A model generated the notes under the pieces. The model saw nothing but the letters and a program-made list of their open reading frames with translations. It made no database searches and was not told the origin of the DNA. Shown here in pieces: positions 61,126 through 64,000 of a stretch of 64,000 nucleotides of DNA. The position numbers and the translations under genes were made by a program. The number at the start of each line of letters is the position of its first letter. Positions within the stretch are counted from its first letter, which is position 1. Source of the DNA: an uncultured Chloroflexia bacterium (GTDB taxonomy: Bacteria; Chloroflexota; UBA6077; JACCZL01); contig CAVXYC010000029.1 of assembly GCA_963765765.1 (NCBI GenBank), forward strand, positions 32,001 through 96,000, written 5' to 3'.

Positions 61126-61156
61126 AAACAAAAAAGCAGGGGCGCTTCCCCTGCTT
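61126..61156 (-). terminator. intrinsic terminator in the aroF leader (attenuator)
   Basis: Minus strand AAGCAGGGG-AAGCG-CCCCTGCTTTTTTGTTTT, located between the promoter and the aroF start. Confidence 0.85.
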
Positions 61157-61185
61157 AGTACGGCGTGAAGGACAAATGCACTACC

Positions 61186-61239
61186 CTAGCGGGATAAGCC
61201 CCTCACGCCACACGTAAATGAGTAGATCAGACAGAACAT
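61186..61239 (-). CDS. putative aromatic-amino-acid leader peptide (MFCLIYSFTCGVRGLSR as sequenced)
   Basis: Short ORF between promoter and terminator with Phe, Tyr and Phe codons. An in-frame upstream ATG lies at 61284. Confidence 0.5.
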   Translation of the reverse strand: MFCLIYSFTCGVRGLSR

Positions 61240-61297
61240 AAGGCTTCTTGTTCGAGGGCGCCTTTCAATAGCCAGCGGACACATGTCGAATGCACGC

Positions 61298-61326
61298 AGT
61301 ATAGTTGTGCCTTCCAATGCTGTCAA
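61298..61326 (-). promoter_or_regulatory. near-consensus sigma70 promoter of the aro operon
   Basis: Minus strand TTGACA (61326-61321), 17 nt, TATACT (61303-61298). Confidence 0.85.
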
Positions 61327-61523
61327 CGTATTTCTATCCCTCACTCAGGCATCATGAAGCTCGCAATTGAACTCCTGAAGTCACACCGAAGCTGCCTCTC
61401 CGACGCCGCTGAGACGTCCCTTCTCCCCTCAGATCAACAAACCTTTTCGCGGCAGAGGCATTCGCCGTGGGTGACCATACCGTCAGAATTCGAGCGGGAA
61501 GCACCCACGGGAACCGGGACCCT

Positions 61524-62330
61524 ATGGGGGCCTTAGGCGAACGCTTTCGCCAGGCTCGGCTGGACCGGCATGCAACGCTTCAAGATGCGCAGCGGGAGAC
61601 ACGGATCCATCGTAGGTTCCTCGATGCGCTGGAGAAAGAAGACGTAGCCGCACTTCCGGCACCCGTTTATACTCGCGGGTTCATTCGCACCTACGCTGAA
61701 TTTCTCGGGATCGACCCCGAGCCCATGGTGGACCTCTACCAGACGATGCGGGGTAGTGACGAGCCCACGGAGATCCAGTCGGCGACCACGCGGATCAACA
61801 ACCCCAAGCCCGTCTCCACGCGGCTCCTCGGAATCGTCACCGGTGGTATCCTCGTGTTACTCCTGCTCGGTTACCTCTGGAGCCAATACAATTCATTTGT
61901 CGAAAGTGTTCGGCAGGCGGATGCCACCGCGACACCTCGACCTGGACTTGCCGGTGCTCCAAGTCCTGTGCCGCCACCGTTGATCGTGGACCCCGGAGCA
62001 GCGAGTCCAGTCGCCGAGTCGCCGCAGCCGATTAGTACACCGACAGAGGTCGTGGCGACGATCGCTCCGGTCGCCGCCGCCACACCAGTTCGAGGCGTCC
62101 AGGTCGATGTGCGGATTGCGGACCGAACCTGGCTGGCAGTGTGGGTTGATGGCCAGCAGATACTGGCAGAAGAGGTACGCCCCGGGTACACGAGAACGTT
62201 CAACGGGGACCAGTCGGTCCGAATGCGCGTGGGCAACGCAATCGGTGTGATAGCCACGGTGAATGGAATTTCGCAGGGCGCATTGGGCGCTCGAGGACAG
62301 GCAATTGAAGCATTCTGGGGACGGCAGTAG
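61524..62330 (+). CDS. RodZ-like HTH / TM / DUF4115 protein
   Basis: LGERFRQAR..TRI..FLDALE..LP..VYTRGFIRTYAEFLG HTH, one TM, Pro-rich linker, TWLAVWVDG...RVGNA C-domain. Lies upstream of rimO. Confidence 0.85.
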   Translation: MGALGERFRQARLDRHATLQDAQRETRIHRRFLDALEKEDVAALPAPVYTRGFIRTYAEFLGIDPEPMVDLYQTMRGSDEPTEIQSATTRINNPKPVSTRLLGIVTGGILVLLLLGYLWSQYNSFVESVRQADATATPRPGLAGAPSPVPPPLIVDPGAASPVAESPQPISTPTEVVATIAPVAAATPVRGVQVDVRIADRTWLAVWVDGQQILAEEVRPGYTRTFNGDQSVRMRVGNAIGVIATVNGISQGALGARGQAIEAFWGRQ

Positions 62331-63696
62331 TCAGGAGCTCGAGGGTAAGAGCTACTCTGTGGTCACGCTTGGCTGCGCCAAAAATCAGGTTGATAGCGAG
62401 GGGATTGAGCTACTTCTCGAAGATGCGGGTGCCCGGCGGAGCGAGTCTGACGATGCCGACGTGGTTATTGTCAATACCTGCGGCTTTATCGATGCCGCAA
62501 AGCAAGAATCGATCAACACGATCCTGGAGCTCGCTCAGGCAAAGAAACCTGGGCAGCGACTGATCGCGGCCGGCTGCTTAACTGAGCGGTACGGATCTGA
62601 GCTGGCGGCCGAGATTCACGAGCTTGATGGGGTCTGGGGTGCACGCAACTGGGGATCAGCCCCAGAGATCGTGGCTCAATCGCTTGCCACACCATGGGAA
62701 CCTCGCCAGCCTGGCTCGTCACTCGATCTCTTAGAAATGGCCCCGACCGGAGCACTTGATCTAGCAATGCCCAGGCGTCAGGCACAGGGGCCGAGCGCCT
62801 ACGTCAAGATCAGTGACGGCTGTAATCAGCGCTGCGCTTTCTGTGCGATTCCGTCCATGAAGGGCCGTCTGATTAGCAAGCCGACTGATCTGATCATACG
62901 TGAAGTTCAGGAGTTGGTGGATCAGGGTGTACAGGAGTGTGTCCTGATCTCGCAGGACAGCACTAACTATGGACACGATCTCGGTCTCGGTCGCGAAGGC
63001 CTTCCCGACCTGTTGGCTCGAATTACTGATGCAGTACCGAGGCTCTCCTGGCTGCGCGTGATGTATGCCTATCCCGCGCGACTCACCGAACGGTTGTTCA
63101 CGGAGATGCGCGATCGCCCTCAGATCTGTCGGTATCTCGATCTGCCTCTTCAGCACACACACGACGACGTGCTCCGCCGCATGCGGCGTCCTCATAAGCC
63201 CACAAGTGAGCTTATTGAGTGGATGCGCTCGATCGTGCCGGACATCACCCTTCGCACCACCTTCATCGTGGGTTTCCCCGGCGAGACCGAGGAGGAATTC
63301 GAGCATCTCCGAGAGTCGGTAGCCACACTGTCATTCGATCGAGTTGGTGCTTTTACATACTCGGATGAAGAGAGCACTCCGGCGTATGAGCTTGGCAACA
63401 AGGTGAAGGCGCGTGAGAAGGCCCGCCGTAAGCGGATGCTCATGGAGACTGCTCGGGATGCGTCACACCGTCGACTGGAATCAATGGTCGGCCAGGAGCT
63501 GGACGTTCTGGTCGAGGGACGCGGCAGTCTGAGCGGTCGCCCTACACTTGTCGGGCGTTCGCGCCGCGATGCTCCAGAGGTGGACGGACTCGTATTTATA
63601 GAAGGCGGAGCCGAAATCGGCAGCATCGTCCGCGCTCGCGTGGAACGTGCGTTGGACTACGATCTGGTTGCATCGCCGGCACCTGTTCCGTCGTGA
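62305..63696 (+). CDS. rimO: ribosomal protein S12 methylthiotransferase
   Basis: TLGCAKNQVDSE, NTCGFID.AKQESI, YVKISDGCNQRCAFCAIP, YAYP, TTFIVGFPGETEEEF, DAPEVDG TRAM. TTG start with GAGGA RBS. Confidence 0.94.
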   Translation: MKHSGDGSSQELEGKSYSVVTLGCAKNQVDSEGIELLLEDAGARRSESDDADVVIVNTCGFIDAAKQESINTILELAQAKKPGQRLIAAGCLTERYGSELAAEIHELDGVWGARNWGSAPEIVAQSLATPWEPRQPGSSLDLLEMAPTGALDLAMPRRQAQGPSAYVKISDGCNQRCAFCAIPSMKGRLISKPTDLIIREVQELVDQGVQECVLISQDSTNYGHDLGLGREGLPDLLARITDAVPRLSWLRVMYAYPARLTERLFTEMRDRPQICRYLDLPLQHTHDDVLRRMRRPHKPTSELIEWMRSIVPDITLRTTFIVGFPGETEEEFEHLRESVATLSFDRVGAFTYSDEESTPAYELGNKVKAREKARRKRMLMETARDASHRRLESMVGQELDVLVEGRGSLSGRPTLVGRSRRDAPEVDGLVFIEGGAEIGSIVRARVERALDYDLVASPAPVPS

Positions 63697-64000
63697 ATGA
63701 AGATGCCCTCGTCGAGCGATTGCTCGACGAGCTTCGAACGAAGGGCTGGACTATCGCCGTAGCCGAATCGTGCACCGGTGGTGAGCTCAGCGCGCGACTC
63801 TCGGCACCGGCCAGGTAGCTCTGATGTCTTTATGGGCGGCGTGATTCCTTACGCGGATTCAGCGAAGCGTTCACTGCTTGGAGTGGCTTCGGAGCTGATC
63901 TCTGAGCACGGTGCGGTAAGCGCCGCCGTAGCATTGGCGATGGCTCGCGGGGCTCGGGAGCGGCTCGGTTCAGATCTGGGCATTGGAATTACGGGTATAG
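63693..64000 (+). CDS. CinA C-terminal / nicotinamide-nucleotide amidohydrolase PncC, partial, frameshift near 63812
   Basis: IAVAESCTGG, then in a shifted frame GSSDVFMGGVIPY..AK..LLGV...HGAVS..A.AMA.G...GITGI. Runs off the window. Confidence 0.85.

Noticed and set aside
61140-61290. T-box riboswitch upstream of aroF
   Set aside because: No GGTGGNACCGCG T-box sequence, and the leader is too short for stem I plus antiterminator.

Overview
A 64-kb chromosomal window of mostly housekeeping genes from a bacterium of about 60% GC. Gene content and protein style suggest Chloroflexota (inference). In order, it holds tgt/queA, mutY, a multi-TM GAF-GAF histidine kinase with an OmpR-type regulator, xerD, a secreted HExxH metallopeptidase, tRNA-Pro(CGG), mazG, an FmdB zinc ribbon, tldD-tldE, rnc-smc-ftsY-ffh, an RpoD-like sigma factor and tlyA-nadK-recN. 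These are followed by an AI-2E transporter, an FtsH paralogue, ddl, a tetrapyrrole operon, murG, a glycogen-debranching enzyme, purA, a surface-polysaccharide cluster, an LCP protein, aroF-aroC-aroK-aroB, rodZ-like, rimO and a partial cinA/pncC. At least six conserved genes carry single-base frameshifts, most likely long-read consensus errors. I found no CRISPR array, prophage or transposase. The most interesting signals are regulatory: (1) a candidate 185-nt 6S-like RNA with a GTTAC-N6-GTTAC box over its -35, directly upstream of a group-2-like sigma factor; (2) a Xis/BldC-type HTH plus helical (possibly globin-like) regulator heading the tetrapyrrole operon, with 10-bp direct repeats just downstream of its promoter; (3) a leader-peptide attenuator on the shikimate operon whose peptide would read F-Y-F-W-W if one dropped G is restored; (4) an 11-bp-phased repeat array between the two-component pair and a 69-aa orphan gene; (5) three unrelated REP-like inverted doublets. 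All structure and family calls were made by eye, without searches.
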